Notes: generated by a model from the sequence alone, not told the origin. Counted from the first letter of the stretch, positions 1-10,173 are shown. The stretch is DNA of 64,000 nt from an uncultured Desulfosarcina sp. (GCA_963674945.2 CAXXWQ010000003.1:1792001-1856000); one strand, 5' to 3'. Numbers and translations: made by a program.

Positions 1-124
1 ACCGTAGATGGCTGTGCAGTATCTCCGTTTTCACCGTAACGGATTTATATTTGACAATTTCGGCACATATAAGAAAATCTGAAATAATTTTCACGGAATC
101 ATTAATGAACCGCACCAGCTTTTC

Positions 125-153
125 TTGCAATATTGAAACCAACATCATAGTAT
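125..153 (+). promoter_or_regulatory. candidate sigma70 promoter for the nucleotidyltransferase gene
   Basis: TTGCAA-17 nt-TAGTAT, 75 nt upstream of ATG 229. Confidence 0.35.
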
Positions 154-228
154 CCAATTTCATATTCTGTCGTTTTATGGAGCACACATCCGCAGTCCAT
201 CGTTGCACGGGAGCAAATTCACAGAAAA

Positions 229-2907
229 ATGAAAGATAAAAAAAAAGAACCCCTTACCATTATTACCAGCCATGTAAATTCAGACTTTGATGCCATGGCG
301 TCCATGCTTGCCGCTCAGAAGCTTTACCCCAATTCCCAGGTGGTATTTCCCGGCTCCCAGGAAAAGAACCTGAAAAATTTTTTTATTCAGTCCATGGTTT
401 ACCTCTATAATATCGTCGAACCGGGGGAAATCGATCATTTGACCGTGGATCGACTGGTGCTCGTGGACACAAAACGCCGAAACCGTATCGGTGATCTGAG
501 TCGCCTTTTGGAAGACCCCGATTTGGAAATCCACATTTACGACCATCATCCGAAAAAAGAGGACGACATCCAGGCGGATAAAGAATATCATATGCTCACA
601 GGCGCTACGGTAACAATCCTGACGAAAATCCTCCGAAAAAAAAGGATCCCCATTACACCGGAAGAGGCCACGATCATGTGCCTTGGCATCTATGAGGACA
701 CCGGCTCCTTTTCTTTTCCGTCCACGACCGAACATGACTTTATGGCCGCTGCCTACCTTCTGTCAAAAGGTGCCAATCTGAATGTGATCGCCAGCATGAT
801 CGCAAGGGAGTTCAGCCCTGAACAGATCAGCCTTCTAAACGACATGATTGAAGCTTCTCGGCGCTATACCATCAACGGCATCGATCTGGCCATCACCGGC
901 GTGGCAACGGACAACTACTTTCCCGACTTTTCCTTTCTGGTGCAGAAGATGGCAAAAATGGAGAACATCGATGCGCTCTTTGCATTGGCATTGATGGAAA
1001 ACAAGGTGTACGTGATTGCCAGAAGCCGAACGGACGATGTGGACGTGGGAGACGTGCTGGACGCTTTGGGAGGAGGAGGTCATCCCTCGGCGGCGGCGGC
1101 CACCGTGAGGGGAAAAACCATTGCACAAACAGAACAGATGCTGATCAAAGCCCTGTACGCAAAAATCAACCCCAGGCGTCAGGCTCGGCATTTGATGTCG
1201 TCACCGGCGATCATGATCTCAGAAGAGACCACGTTCGAAAAGGCAAAAGAGCTTTTACATCGGTACAATGTAAATGCACTACTCGTTAAAAATGACGATA
1301 CGGCAGGGTCCAGCGTCACCGGCTACATAACACGTCAGGTCATTGAAAAGGCATTGTTCCACGACCTGCACGAAATCGAGGTCCGTGAATACATGAGTTC
1401 CGAACTCTCCCATGTTCGCCCGGATGCTGATATTGTCGAAATTCAGGACAAAATCATCGAAAACAAACAACGGATCCTGCCGGTGATTGAAAACAATCGT
1501 GTGCTGGGTGTAATTACGCGCACCGACCTGCTTACCATACTGGTGCAGCAACAAAGGCCGGCGAACGATGCGTCACCGACGCTCGAAGGCAAGTCTTTCA
1601 CCAAACGCTCACGCAACATATTGAATTTAATGAAAGAACGACTCTCCCACAACATCATGGGAACCCTCGCCCAATTGGGAGAGACCGCAAGCCATTTGGG
1701 CTGCAATGCATATGTTGTGGGAGGCTTTGTCCGGGATCTTTTTTTGTACCGGAACAATGAAGATATCGATGTGGTCATCGAAGGCAGTGGGATTGAATTT
1801 GCGAAAAAATTCGCACGATTACGTGACGCGAGGGTTCACACACATCAGAAATTCGGAACAGCCGTCATTATTTTCCCCGACGGTTTCAAAATCGATGTGG
1901 CATCGGCCCGAATGGAATATTATCAGTTTCCCGCGTCACTTCCCGTGGTCGAAATGAGTTCCATTAAGATGGACATGTATCGCAGGGATTTCACGATCAA
2001 CACCTTGGCCGTTCAACTCAATCCGGGAAAATTAGGACGATTGATCGATTTTTTCTCCGGACAGAAGGATCTGAAAGATAAAGTCTTACGGGTACTTCAC
2101 AACTTGAGTTTCGTGGAAGACCCGACCAGGGTCTTCCGTGCCCTTCGTTTCGAACAGCGATTCGGATTCACGATCGGCAAACTCACCTCCAGCCTGATTG
2201 ACAATGCCGTGAGAATGGATTTCTTTGCGCGTCTGGCCGGAAAACGGATTTTCACCGAGCTCAAATTGATCCTCAAGGAAGAAAATCCTGTACCCATCCT
2301 GCTGAGACTGAAAAGCTATAACCTTCTGACGGTCATACACCCGGAAATTAAAATCGAAGGAGACTTTATCAATTTACTGGATACCGCGAAAAAGGTAACC
2401 AACTGGCATGATCTGCTTTTTTTCGATCAGACATACGAACGGTGGGTGGTCTACTTTATGACGATAATCCGCCATTGCAATCTCGAGACGACGCGGAAAA
2501 TGTGTGAACATCTGAATATAGCGCCGAAATATGAATCGATGTTCGCAGAGACGCGTTGCAGTGTAGAGAGACCGCTGATGCAATTGGAAAAGGACGCCCC
2601 CATGACCAATGCCCAGGTGTACAACACCCTCAAAGTCTATCAGACGGAAATAATCCTTTACATGATGATCTGTACGACATCGAAAAGAGCGAAAAAACGG
2701 ATTTCCAACTATCATACACAAATGCGCAACGTGACCATCTCCATCAGCGGCAAAGATCTTATGTCAATGGGTCTTCCCCCCGGACCCGTCTATGGCAAAA
2801 TACTCCAGGCGACTTTGGAGGCGAAACTAAACGGAAAAGTCAAAACACGGGAAGATGAGTTTGCTTTTGCGACACAATTTATCAAAGAGGCTCGGAAAAG
2901 AGAATAA
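229..2907 (+). CDS. DHH/DHHA1-CBS-tRNA nucleotidyltransferase (CCA family, probably A-adding)
   Basis: N-terminal HxNxDFD, YDHHP and GGGGHPSAA (DHH/DHHA1); paired CBS domains; class II NTase motifs VGGFVRD, DIDVV, RRDFTIN, EDPTR. Confidence 0.9.
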   Translation: MKDKKKEPLTIITSHVNSDFDAMASMLAAQKLYPNSQVVFPGSQEKNLKNFFIQSMVYLYNIVEPGEIDHLTVDRLVLVDTKRRNRIGDLSRLLEDPDLEIHIYDHHPKKEDDIQADKEYHMLTGATVTILTKILRKKRIPITPEEATIMCLGIYEDTGSFSFPSTTEHDFMAAAYLLSKGANLNVIASMIAREFSPEQISLLNDMIEASRRYTINGIDLAITGVATDNYFPDFSFLVQKMAKMENIDALFALALMENKVYVIARSRTDDVDVGDVLDALGGGGHPSAAAATVRGKTIAQTEQMLIKALYAKINPRRQARHLMSSPAIMISEETTFEKAKELLHRYNVNALLVKNDDTAGSSVTGYITRQVIEKALFHDLHEIEVREYMSSELSHVRPDADIVEIQDKIIENKQRILPVIENNRVLGVITRTDLLTILVQQQRPANDASPTLEGKSFTKRSRNILNLMKERLSHNIMGTLAQLGETASHLGCNAYVVGGFVRDLFLYRNNEDIDVVIEGSGIEFAKKFARLRDARVHTHQKFGTAVIIFPDGFKIDVASARMEYYQFPASLPVVEMSSIKMDMYRRDFTINTLAVQLNPGKLGRLIDFFSGQKDLKDKVLRVLHNLSFVEDPTRVFRALRFEQRFGFTIGKLTSSLIDNAVRMDFFARLAGKRIFTELKLILKEENPVPILLRLKSYNLLTVIHPEIKIEGDFINLLDTAKKVTNWHDLLFFDQTYERWVVYFMTIIRHCNLETTRKMCEHLNIAPKYESMFAETRCSVERPLMQLEKDAPMTNAQVYNTLKVYQTEIILYMMICTTSKRAKKRISNYHTQMRNVTISISGKDLMSMGLPPGPVYGKILQATLEAKLNGKVKTREDEFAFATQFIKEARKRE

Positions 2908-3115
2908 TTCCAACCGAATCATGAAGATTTTCAATGCCATGGCCCTTTCCAAAACCGTAAGCTGCAAAATGGGTCCAGGTGAGGTCACACAGATTGACAA
3001 AAGGGACTTCGAGATAATATGGTTGCCGCAAAAACATCAACTCCGATTATCGAGGCAACCTAGAATAGGCCCTGGTATGCATCCATATCTTAAATGAAAG
3101 CATGATAATAAAAAG

Positions 3116-3931
3116 ATGGACAGAAAGACAATCGAGGAAAAGGACAAACATCTCTTAAAAACGATACGAAGGATCGTTCGAACCAACCAGGGAAAGAAAA
3201 AGATCGCCAAACCCTTTTGGCAGATCCCCATTTTCTGGATGGCGGTCTTTTTTTTCGTAATCATAGGAATCGGTCTGACTGCTTTCAGGCAAAATCCGAT
3301 AACGATGGCTTCCAAAGATGAATCGTGCCCATCGGATATCTGTGTCCAGGAAGCGCCCTCCTCCACCGATAGAGTTTCTGCCAAACAATCTGATGCCACG
3401 GGTGTCGGATTCCAAACCCAGTTTGCCCGGAAAACGGAAAAAGAAGAGAACGTCGCAGCAGCACCACAAGATGAGGCGGTCGAGAATCCGCCCTCGCCCG
3501 TCAGGCCCGAAAAGGAACCGGCGACACCGCGAATAAGAAAAAAAACTGATACGGACACCCCGATACAAGCAGGGCAGCTTGCGACCACCCCACAATCTTA
3601 CGCCATTCGAATTAGAAAGATTGTAATCTGCACGGACGTTCATGAAAAGCAATACCTCCTGGAGAAATCCACTTTCTCATTGGCAGAAAAGGTGAAACCA
3701 ACGGTCTGGATGTCGGTACGGTCCGACACCCAACCCTTTACACTGATCCACGCCTATTTTCTCAACGATCAACCATATTGTGAAGTTCCCCTGGAAATAC
3801 GGTATCCACGAATGCGAACATGGAGCAATGTGACGCTATCCGACGAAAAACATTTGGGCCATTGGCGCGTCGAAGTGCTCACCGAGGATGGAGACCGGCT
3901 CACCCAGGTTGAATTTTCGGTTGTGCCGTAA
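3116..3931 (+). CDS. membrane-anchored DUF2914-like protein
   Basis: One TM helix, Pro/Thr-rich linker, C-terminal beta domain with RTWS...GHWRVEV. Confidence 0.65.
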   Translation: MDRKTIEEKDKHLLKTIRRIVRTNQGKKKIAKPFWQIPIFWMAVFFFVIIGIGLTAFRQNPITMASKDESCPSDICVQEAPSSTDRVSAKQSDATGVGFQTQFARKTEKEENVAAAPQDEAVENPPSPVRPEKEPATPRIRKKTDTDTPIQAGQLATTPQSYAIRIRKIVICTDVHEKQYLLEKSTFSLAEKVKPTVWMSVRSDTQPFTLIHAYFLNDQPYCEVPLEIRYPRMRTWSNVTLSDEKHLGHWRVEVLTEDGDRLTQVEFSVVP

Positions 3932-3990
3932 AAAAATGGGCCAATTGAAGATACTACATACCCAATTTGGACAACATCTTCATTATTGCG

Positions 3991-4245
3991 CTATCTTGAA
4001 GTGCCTTTCACGGCCCGTTTAAGGGCACCGGTAATTTTTTTCGCAGGCCAGGCCGAAACGGACCAGCCGATGGCCATAATCATGAGCCATACCATTGCCT
4101 CGCCTCCATGGCTCAGTCCACGCCCCTTGGTGACCATGGGGCCGAAAAAGACGGCGCAGACAAAACCGACGGCAATTCGCCAGGTGTCATCGGAAAGGAG
4201 TAGGTAGAAAAATAGATACGTCGGTGAAAGGCTGGATCTTCGCAT
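3991..4245 (-). CDS. small membrane protein, hypothetical
   Basis: AGGAG SD before ATG 4245; two to three hydrophobic segments. Confidence 0.55.
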   Translation of the reverse strand: MRRSSLSPTYLFFYLLLSDDTWRIAVGFVCAVFFGPMVTKGRGLSHGGEAMVWLMIMAIGWSVSAWPAKKITGALKRAVKGTSR

Positions 4246-4620
4246 AACGACTCCTGAAGAAACAAAATGAGTGGCAATAAACATTGCCCAACGTCAAATT
4301 GGGTAATATAGTTCAGATACGATGAATGAAAATTCGTACTGAACATATCCGATTCATGTGTAAAGATGGCATCTTTCTGAAAAAGCAAGATATAAGACAA
4401 ACCGTTCCTTGTTGAACGGGAAATAGGTAATGGGTTTTCCAAACCGAGTCAAGCTTCCGGATTGTTGCCCAGTAATTCTGTGTGAACAGTCATTTGATCA
4501 GGTTCGTAGGTTTTTCAGGTTGTGACTTATCATTATTTAGGCGGTTTTGGGATAGCTTTCCAACAAATTGGTACTATCTCAGAGTTATAGCGGTAGTCCA
4601 TTTACCAAAAGGCAACAGGT

Positions 4621-6180
4621 CGGCATTATCCGCCTAAGTTTGGGGATCAGTGGTGGGTAACCGTGGTGACAAATGGGCGAACAGATGGCTACGGTGCTCG
4701 GATTTCGGGTGGGTCGGCCACATTGCGCAAAAGATGTTCGAAGTCACGAAAGAGCATCAACCGGATACCAGTACGCAGGTTGTTCCAATACTCTTTTCGG
4801 GAACTGAATTTAGACCGGCAATACTGATAACCACGATCACACAGTTCCAGGATTTGATGGATGAAGAAAGCCAACAGGTTCAGAATAAAAAAGGTGTTCG
4901 ACAAATAACGTTGGCCGTGACCGAAGTTGTGTTCGATATGGTAGCCTTGATTCTTCAAAGTGTTGAACGTTTCGTTTTCGATTTTCCAGCGCGCCCGACC
5001 GGCGCGTACCAATTCGACGACATTGGCCTTGCTCACCTTACGGTCGGTGACCCAGCTGTTGTGGTAGGTGGCCTTTTGCCCCACGTGCAGCCAATACTCG
5101 AAAAAGTTCACCGGATCGGCATTGCGGCTACCGTTGAGAGGCACCTGGTTAACCCAACGATAAACGTGGCGGCGCCCTTTATCGTCGGTGAATTGTAGGT
5201 GACCGCATTGTCCGAGCCCATCGATTTCGTCAACCCACTGGAACAGCAACTTGTGATCGGTGGGTTTGGCCACCAGGATAAAGGACATGCGGGCATCTTT
5301 CAACACATCGATAAAGGGCTGTTTGGAGTATAGCCCATCGGCGGTAATGATCATCTTCAGTTTTGGGTGAGTACGGCGGATTTTGTCGACGATCCGTTTT
5401 CCCGCATTGATCTCGCAATCCTGCTTGGTGGTGCCGTCGGTATTGGCAACGGGCTCCGGGGCCAGGGGCAAAACCTGGCGCATGTACGGGTTGAGCATAA
5501 CGGCCTGTAAGATCTGATGTGAGTAACGGGTCGATCCTTTTGCGCCTTTATGAGTCAGGCAACTGGGACAGTGAATCTTTTCGGAAGAAAAATACTGTGA
5601 GCCGTCCAATGCAATCAAATGGTGCCCGCTTTCCAACTTGTAGGCATCCAGGTACTTGCCCCGCTGCAAGCATTGTAGCAAAAAGGGAAATGCCGGATGA
5701 ATCGCTTCGGTTGGAATATTATCCAACGTCTGGCGCAAAGCACTGTCGCTGGGGATGTCTTTAACCGCAAACATGGCTTTCAGATTACTGTCTTGCATGC
5801 GATCGTGCATGCGCCGCTGAAAAGAGAGAACGGAAGGGTCTTGAAAAAACATCATCGCCAGGGCACTCATCAAACAGTCATGCAGCGAATAGTCGACCTT
5901 GCCCTTTTGCCGGGGATCATCGATCTTTTCGAAAATCGCCGAAAGGGCTTTTCTCATCGTGCTGAAGCTCAGATGTTTTTTGATGTGCATGCCGTCCTCA
6001 TAGCCATGTATAACCTACTGTTATCTATAGCAATAAAAACGGCACGCGTCTAGATTTAATATCTCTAATTATAACAAGTTGTTACGTATTTTGCGGGGGT
6101 TTGGCTTCGCGAAATTTTATTTTCGATACGCTAGCAAACACACAAAAACTGGGATGAACCCCGTTCAGCCAAAACTGCTG
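4621..6180 (-). mobile_element. insertion sequence carrying the transposase; ends approximate
   Basis: Single transposase gene. Only a weak terminal IR (CGGCATTATCCGCCTAA vs CAGCAGTTTTGGCTGAA, 10/17); no clear TSD. Confidence 0.5.
4689..5990 (-). CDS. DDE transposase (ISNCY / IS4-superfamily-like)
   Basis: N-terminal DPR...YSLHD, ALDG, KQDCE, ADGLY, and GRARWKIENETFNTLKNQGY (RWxIE motif); ORF intact. Confidence 0.9.
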   Translation of the reverse strand: MHIKKHLSFSTMRKALSAIFEKIDDPRQKGKVDYSLHDCLMSALAMMFFQDPSVLSFQRRMHDRMQDSNLKAMFAVKDIPSDSALRQTLDNIPTEAIHPAFPFLLQCLQRGKYLDAYKLESGHHLIALDGSQYFSSEKIHCPSCLTHKGAKGSTRYSHQILQAVMLNPYMRQVLPLAPEPVANTDGTTKQDCEINAGKRIVDKIRRTHPKLKMIITADGLYSKQPFIDVLKDARMSFILVAKPTDHKLLFQWVDEIDGLGQCGHLQFTDDKGRRHVYRWVNQVPLNGSRNADPVNFFEYWLHVGQKATYHNSWVTDRKVSKANVVELVRAGRARWKIENETFNTLKNQGYHIEHNFGHGQRYLSNTFFILNLLAFFIHQILELCDRGYQYCRSKFSSRKEYWNNLRTGIRLMLFRDFEHLLRNVADPPEIRAP

Positions 6181-6245
6181 ATTGTTGCCGACGTTTCTAT
6201 TTCCGATTGGGCAAACCTTTTTAAAATTACCAAACGGTGGCAACC

Positions 6246-6863
6246 ATGGATATCAACACCTGTTTTACGCTTCTGGATTTAGATCCGAATGCGACGATGA
6301 CGGAGGCGAAACTCGCATACAAAGCCCAGGTCCGTCGCTGGCATCCCGATCAGTTTCCCGCAGGTTCCGTCACGCAAATGGGGGCACAAGAGCAATTAAA
6401 ACGGATAAACATTGCCTACGACCGCATCAAGGCTCACATAACGAGCCGTCCACATCGCCCAACGGCTCCACAGAAACAGTCTTCCTCCCGGAATCGGGGC
6501 AGCGCAACCGGATCCCAGGACCAGCGAGCCCATTCGCGAGAAACAAAAAAACGTGGTTGGATCGATACCCTGTTCGACATGCTCAACACTTTTTCCGAAA
6601 ATCATACCGCCTCTTCCACCCCGTCAACGCAGGAAAAAGCGAACAGAAAAAAGCGGAAACGCTTCGACCAGATCCTCGGCGAAATGACCGGTGACACCAT
6701 CTCAAAAGATGCGCGTTCCGGCAAGAACGCGTTCGTCAGAAGTCCCATGCCAAATCGACACAGGAAAGGCCGTGGCAGCACCATTGGATCTGTGGAGGGG
6801 ATAAAAAGTCCAGACCCCATAAGGCCGATCGGCCGGGTCAGGGGAATCGGAAGAAGCCGATAG
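6246..6863 (+). CDS. J-domain (DnaJ class C) protein
   Basis: N-terminal J domain with WHPD, followed by a low-complexity basic tail. Confidence 0.8.
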   Translation: MDINTCFTLLDLDPNATMTEAKLAYKAQVRRWHPDQFPAGSVTQMGAQEQLKRINIAYDRIKAHITSRPHRPTAPQKQSSSRNRGSATGSQDQRAHSRETKKRGWIDTLFDMLNTFSENHTASSTPSTQEKANRKKRKRFDQILGEMTGDTISKDARSGKNAFVRSPMPNRHRKGRGSTIGSVEGIKSPDPIRPIGRVRGIGRSR

Positions 6864-6868
6864 CCTAT

Positions 6869-6990
6869 GGACGGTTTCGTAAAACGCTTTTCCCTCGTTT
6901 CCGTCTATCTGCAAAGAAAATAATAACGAGTTACTTGCATGCGATTGTTTGGCCATAGTTGGCCTGGAAAAACGTTTTATGAAACCGTCA
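6869..6990. repeat. MITE/REP-like element with ~25-bp terminal inverted repeats
   Basis: GGACGGTTTCGTAAAACGCTTTTTCC (6869-6894) vs GGAAAAACGTTTTATGAAACCGTCA (6966-6990); lies between convergent genes. Confidence 0.75.
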
Positions 6991-8446
6991 TCTTTTCTTT
7001 CCCAAAAGAAGCCAACAAGGCTACCATCAATCGCCATACCTTCGCTATGGACGGTACATGAAGACGTTCCGCCGGTGAATGGGGATTTTCAATTGTGGGT
7101 CCAAGGGAGATCATGTCCATATTCGGGAAACGATTTCGGATCACCGCGCACTCAAGGCCTGCATGCATGATATGGGCAGTGGGCTCGGCATCGAACAGTT
7201 CCCGGTAAAGGCTGACGCAACGATCGAGCAGCATGGAGTTTCGGCTCCTGGGCCACGGGGGATAGCCGGTATCGGTAGTGACCGCAGCACCGGCAAGACG
7301 CCCCACCGCCTCCACCACCTGACAAATGGCATCGAGTCGGGAATTTGCCGAACTGCGCTGGCTGGAGGTGATCGTCAGTCCATTTGCACCCTTTTCCACC
7401 ATGGCCAAATTGACCGAGGTCTGCACCACGGAGGGGTCTTCCTCGGTCATTTCGACCAAACCACTGGGAAGCGCTTCCAGCAGATCCACGATCTTTTCCG
7501 TCTCCCTCTCTTCGATCCAAATGGTATCCGACGTCGAAACGCCCTTGTCCGTAAGTTCGATGGTCAATTCAGGGTCGGAGTTTCGGTACTCTTGCCGGAT
7601 CGTATCGGCAGCACGGCGCATGGCGGCTTTCAATTGTGGTGTGCTGTTCAAATGGCATGCAACGAGCCCTTTCCCGGTACGCGGTATCACATTCTGGGCG
7701 GTCCCCCCTTCCAAGTCAATGATTCCGAATGGCACTTCGTTCATACCGGCCCTTAAAATCCGGGCCAGTACCTTTATTGCATTGGCACGATGTTTGGCGA
7801 TGTCCACACCGCTGTGCCCGCCTTTTGCCCCTCCGACCGAAAGGGAAATGAGGCCAAACCCGTCGCCCATGGGTGAAGCGTTCACCGAAAGCGCCAACAG
7901 GGTCTTGCGCCCCCCGGCGCATCCGACGACAAACACGCCTTCATCCTCGGAATCGAGGTTAATCAGCAGGTTTCCGGTCAAAAAAGAGGCATCCATATTC
8001 TCCGCTCCGGTAAGGCCGGTCTCCTCTTCTGTGGTGAAAAACAATTCCAAAGGAGGATGGGACACCATTGGATCATCCACCAGGGCGAGGGACAAAGCGA
8101 TGGCAATCCCGTTGTCCGCCCCCAGTGTTGTTTCCTTAGCGATAAGCCATGGATCTTCATAAACCATGGAGATCGGATCCTTGGAAAAGTCGTGCCGGGA
8201 GTCAGTATGTTTTTCACATACCATGTCCATATGACCTTGAAGGATAATGACGGGCGTGGTGGCGAATCCGTCGGTCGCCGGGACGCGGACAACCAGATTG
8301 CCGGCCGGATCGGTTTTGGTCGTCAGGCTCCGATCCTTCGCCCAATCCATGATCCATTGTCGAATGCGCTGTTCCCTTCCGGAACATCGTGGAATCCGAT
8401 TGATCTGTTCAAAAATATCGAGAACGGTTCGACTATTCTTGTCCAT
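6977..8446 (-). CDS. pepD: aminoacyl-histidine dipeptidase (M20C)
   Basis: LQGHMDMVCEK, TTLGADNGI, EEETGLTGA, NLDSEDEG, GGHSG, HAGLEC, PHSPAE. Confidence 0.93.
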   Translation of the reverse strand: MDKNSRTVLDIFEQINRIPRCSGREQRIRQWIMDWAKDRSLTTKTDPAGNLVVRVPATDGFATTPVIILQGHMDMVCEKHTDSRHDFSKDPISMVYEDPWLIAKETTLGADNGIAIALSLALVDDPMVSHPPLELFFTTEEETGLTGAENMDASFLTGNLLINLDSEDEGVFVVGCAGGRKTLLALSVNASPMGDGFGLISLSVGGAKGGHSGVDIAKHRANAIKVLARILRAGMNEVPFGIIDLEGGTAQNVIPRTGKGLVACHLNSTPQLKAAMRRAADTIRQEYRNSDPELTIELTDKGVSTSDTIWIEERETEKIVDLLEALPSGLVEMTEEDPSVVQTSVNLAMVEKGANGLTITSSQRSSANSRLDAICQVVEAVGRLAGAAVTTDTGYPPWPRSRNSMLLDRCVSLYRELFDAEPTAHIMHAGLECAVIRNRFPNMDMISLGPTIENPHSPAERLHVPSIAKVWRLMVALLASFGKEKMTVS

Positions 8447-8500
8447 CTATCCATTTCCGTGTATGGGACGGCCGTGACGCTTCATGATCGGTGTAAAGAT

Positions 8501-8728
8501 ATGGAGAAAATCGCCGATAAGAAGGTGTATTCGACAACATTCGCATTCGGACGCACCATGAGCACCAAATTGCTTCTTACCATCGCAATCTTGTTTTTTA
8601 TCTCCTGGCAAAAGACCACCGATGGTTTCCTTTTGTTCTGTGCCCTTTTTGCCTCGGGTCTTTTTGTCTGCGTCTTCCTGCACCGAATGGAAAACCCTCG
8701 TTCCATCGTCGACAAGGATGACGCGTAG
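8501..8728 (+). CDS. possible small two-TM membrane protein (strand ambiguous)
   Basis: Two hydrophobic segments and C-rich third codon positions; competes with antisense ORF 8447-8764. Confidence 0.3.
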   Translation: MEKIADKKVYSTTFAFGRTMSTKLLLTIAILFFISWQKTTDGFLLFCALFASGLFVCVFLHRMENPRSIVDKDDA

Positions 8729-8765
8729 TATCCTTTCACCCCGCTCGTCCGTTTCCTCGATCACA

Positions 8766-9566
8766 TTACGGGCGTTTTTCCAGCGTGTCTAATACAGCCT
8801 TGCACTGACCGGGCGCGCTAACCAATAGATGCTCTTCGATTCGCTCACCGTTTAAGTGTTCATTCAGGTAAAAACGCTCTCCACTTGTCTTATAGAGTCG
8901 CCCGCCGGCCGATTCGACGATCATTCGGGTGGCAGCCAGATCCTGGAATGATTCGTTGGCTGTGATGGCAGCATCCGCCCGCCCCATGGCCACGAAACAC
9001 AGATGCGCCCCTGTACAACCAAGATTTCTGACCTTACCGGGAAATCGCGAAAGATAATATTGGTGAAACCTCGAAAAAGTGAACAGAAGGCTTTCATCGT
9101 CGATGGTTCCGTCGGAGGGCATATGAATCCGTTTTTCCCCCCAATATGCGTCCCCACCTGCCCGTGCGTGAAACAGATCGCCGGTAGCCGGCATGTAATA
9201 GGCTCCAAACACCGGCCAGAAATTTTCTAAAAGCGCCAAAGACATACCCCAGATCGGAATTCCAGCCTGATAGTTGTCCACCCCATCGATGGGATCAAAA
9301 ATCCAAAGATATCGTCTGCTGTCGTGGGTGTAGTCGGTGTCGATTGTTCTGTTGGTAAATATCAAATGATCGGGATACCGGCTGTCCACTGCATCGCTGA
9401 ACCGCTCACTGATCTGAAGTTCCGCACGCGTCACCAGCCCTTCGTCGAATTTTACGGCCACCTTCCCCTTGCCGAAATGATCCATCGCCACTTTCCCGAC
9501 ACTTCGAATGGATTGGATGGCAAAGGTCACCAAGGTTTCGATACCATGGTTTGGATCCTGAGACAT
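8766..9566 (-). CDS. inositol monophosphatase family protein
   Basis: WIFDPIDGVDNY motif, R-x-LG, VAMGRAD, DLAA...ESAGG. Confidence 0.88.
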   Translation of the reverse strand: MSQDPNHGIETLVTFAIQSIRSVGKVAMDHFGKGKVAVKFDEGLVTRAELQISERFSDAVDSRYPDHLIFTNRTIDTDYTHDSRRYLWIFDPIDGVDNYQAGIPIWGMSLALLENFWPVFGAYYMPATGDLFHARAGGDAYWGEKRIHMPSDGTIDDESLLFTFSRFHQYYLSRFPGKVRNLGCTGAHLCFVAMGRADAAITANESFQDLAATRMIVESAGGRLYKTSGERFYLNEHLNGERIEEHLLVSAPGQCKAVLDTLEKRP

Positions 9567-9617
9567 ACTACCTCCTGGTCGTCGGTTGTCGTTTTTTCAA
9601 TGTGGGGTCGAAACGAA

Positions 9618-9653
9618 AAGACCGGCTCATCCCGCACTGGGATGACCGGTCTT
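9618..9653 (-). terminator. intrinsic terminator downstream of the FmdB-family gene
   Basis: AAGACCGG(C)TCATCCC-gcact-GGGATGACCGGTCTT hairpin; T-rich run follows on the minus strand. Confidence 0.65.
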
Positions 9654-9777
9654 ACTTTATTCGGCGGATAAGGGACGCCTCGTAAAGCGAAACGATGATG
9701 AGTTCGGCAACGATTTCTACCCTACCGCAACAAAATTGGCAACGAAGGAATCATAATACTGATGAATGGCAGCCGAC

Positions 9778-9960
9778 CTATTTTTTTGACGATGAATATC
9801 CATCGGCGTACCACCCGCCACCTTTTAGTTCAAACGTACAGGTCGAAAGAATCTTCTTGGCTATTTTTTTACACTTGGGACACTCGATCTCCTTGGTATC
9901 CATCCGTACCAACTCTTCCGTAACATGTCCGCATTTGCACTCGAATTCGTAAACCGGCAT
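9778..9960 (-). CDS. FmdB family zinc-ribbon regulatory protein
   Basis: MPVYEFECKCGH...CPKC...FELKGGGWYADGY. Confidence 0.9.
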   Translation of the reverse strand: MPVYEFECKCGHVTEELVRMDTKEIECPKCKKIAKKILSTCTFELKGGGWYADGYSSSKK

Positions 9961-10042
9961 TCCAATCTTCCTTTCTGGAAATAACAAATCTGAACGAAGA
10001 CAATTCCCCTATATCCTAACCGGGCCCGTCCAATTTTTCCCT

Positions 10043-10071
10043 ACAGTAGTGCCAACACGCTGCCATGTCAA
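10043..10071 (-). promoter_or_regulatory. sigma70-type promoter of the FmdB-family gene
   Basis: TTGACA-17 nt-TACTGT on the minus strand. Confidence 0.55.
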
Positions 10072-10173
10072 CCCTGACAATTTGTGTGGGAAATGCGAGA
10101 CACGCCGCACATGGGCAGATTCGGCACAACATCCGCCGAATCTGCCACATCTGCAACACATAGAAGGCGAAGA

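Noticed and set aside
9655..9777. Possible ribozyme or riboswitch (CTGATGA, GAAAC and GGGACGC words)
   Set aside because: Motif order and stems do not fit hammerhead or c-di-GMP-I consensus by eye; an Rfam scan would settle it.
10050..10065. Sigma54-like GG-N10-GC site (TGGCAGCGTGTTGGCA, minus strand)
   Set aside because: It lies entirely within the spacer of a better sigma70 match and lacks the TTGC consensus.
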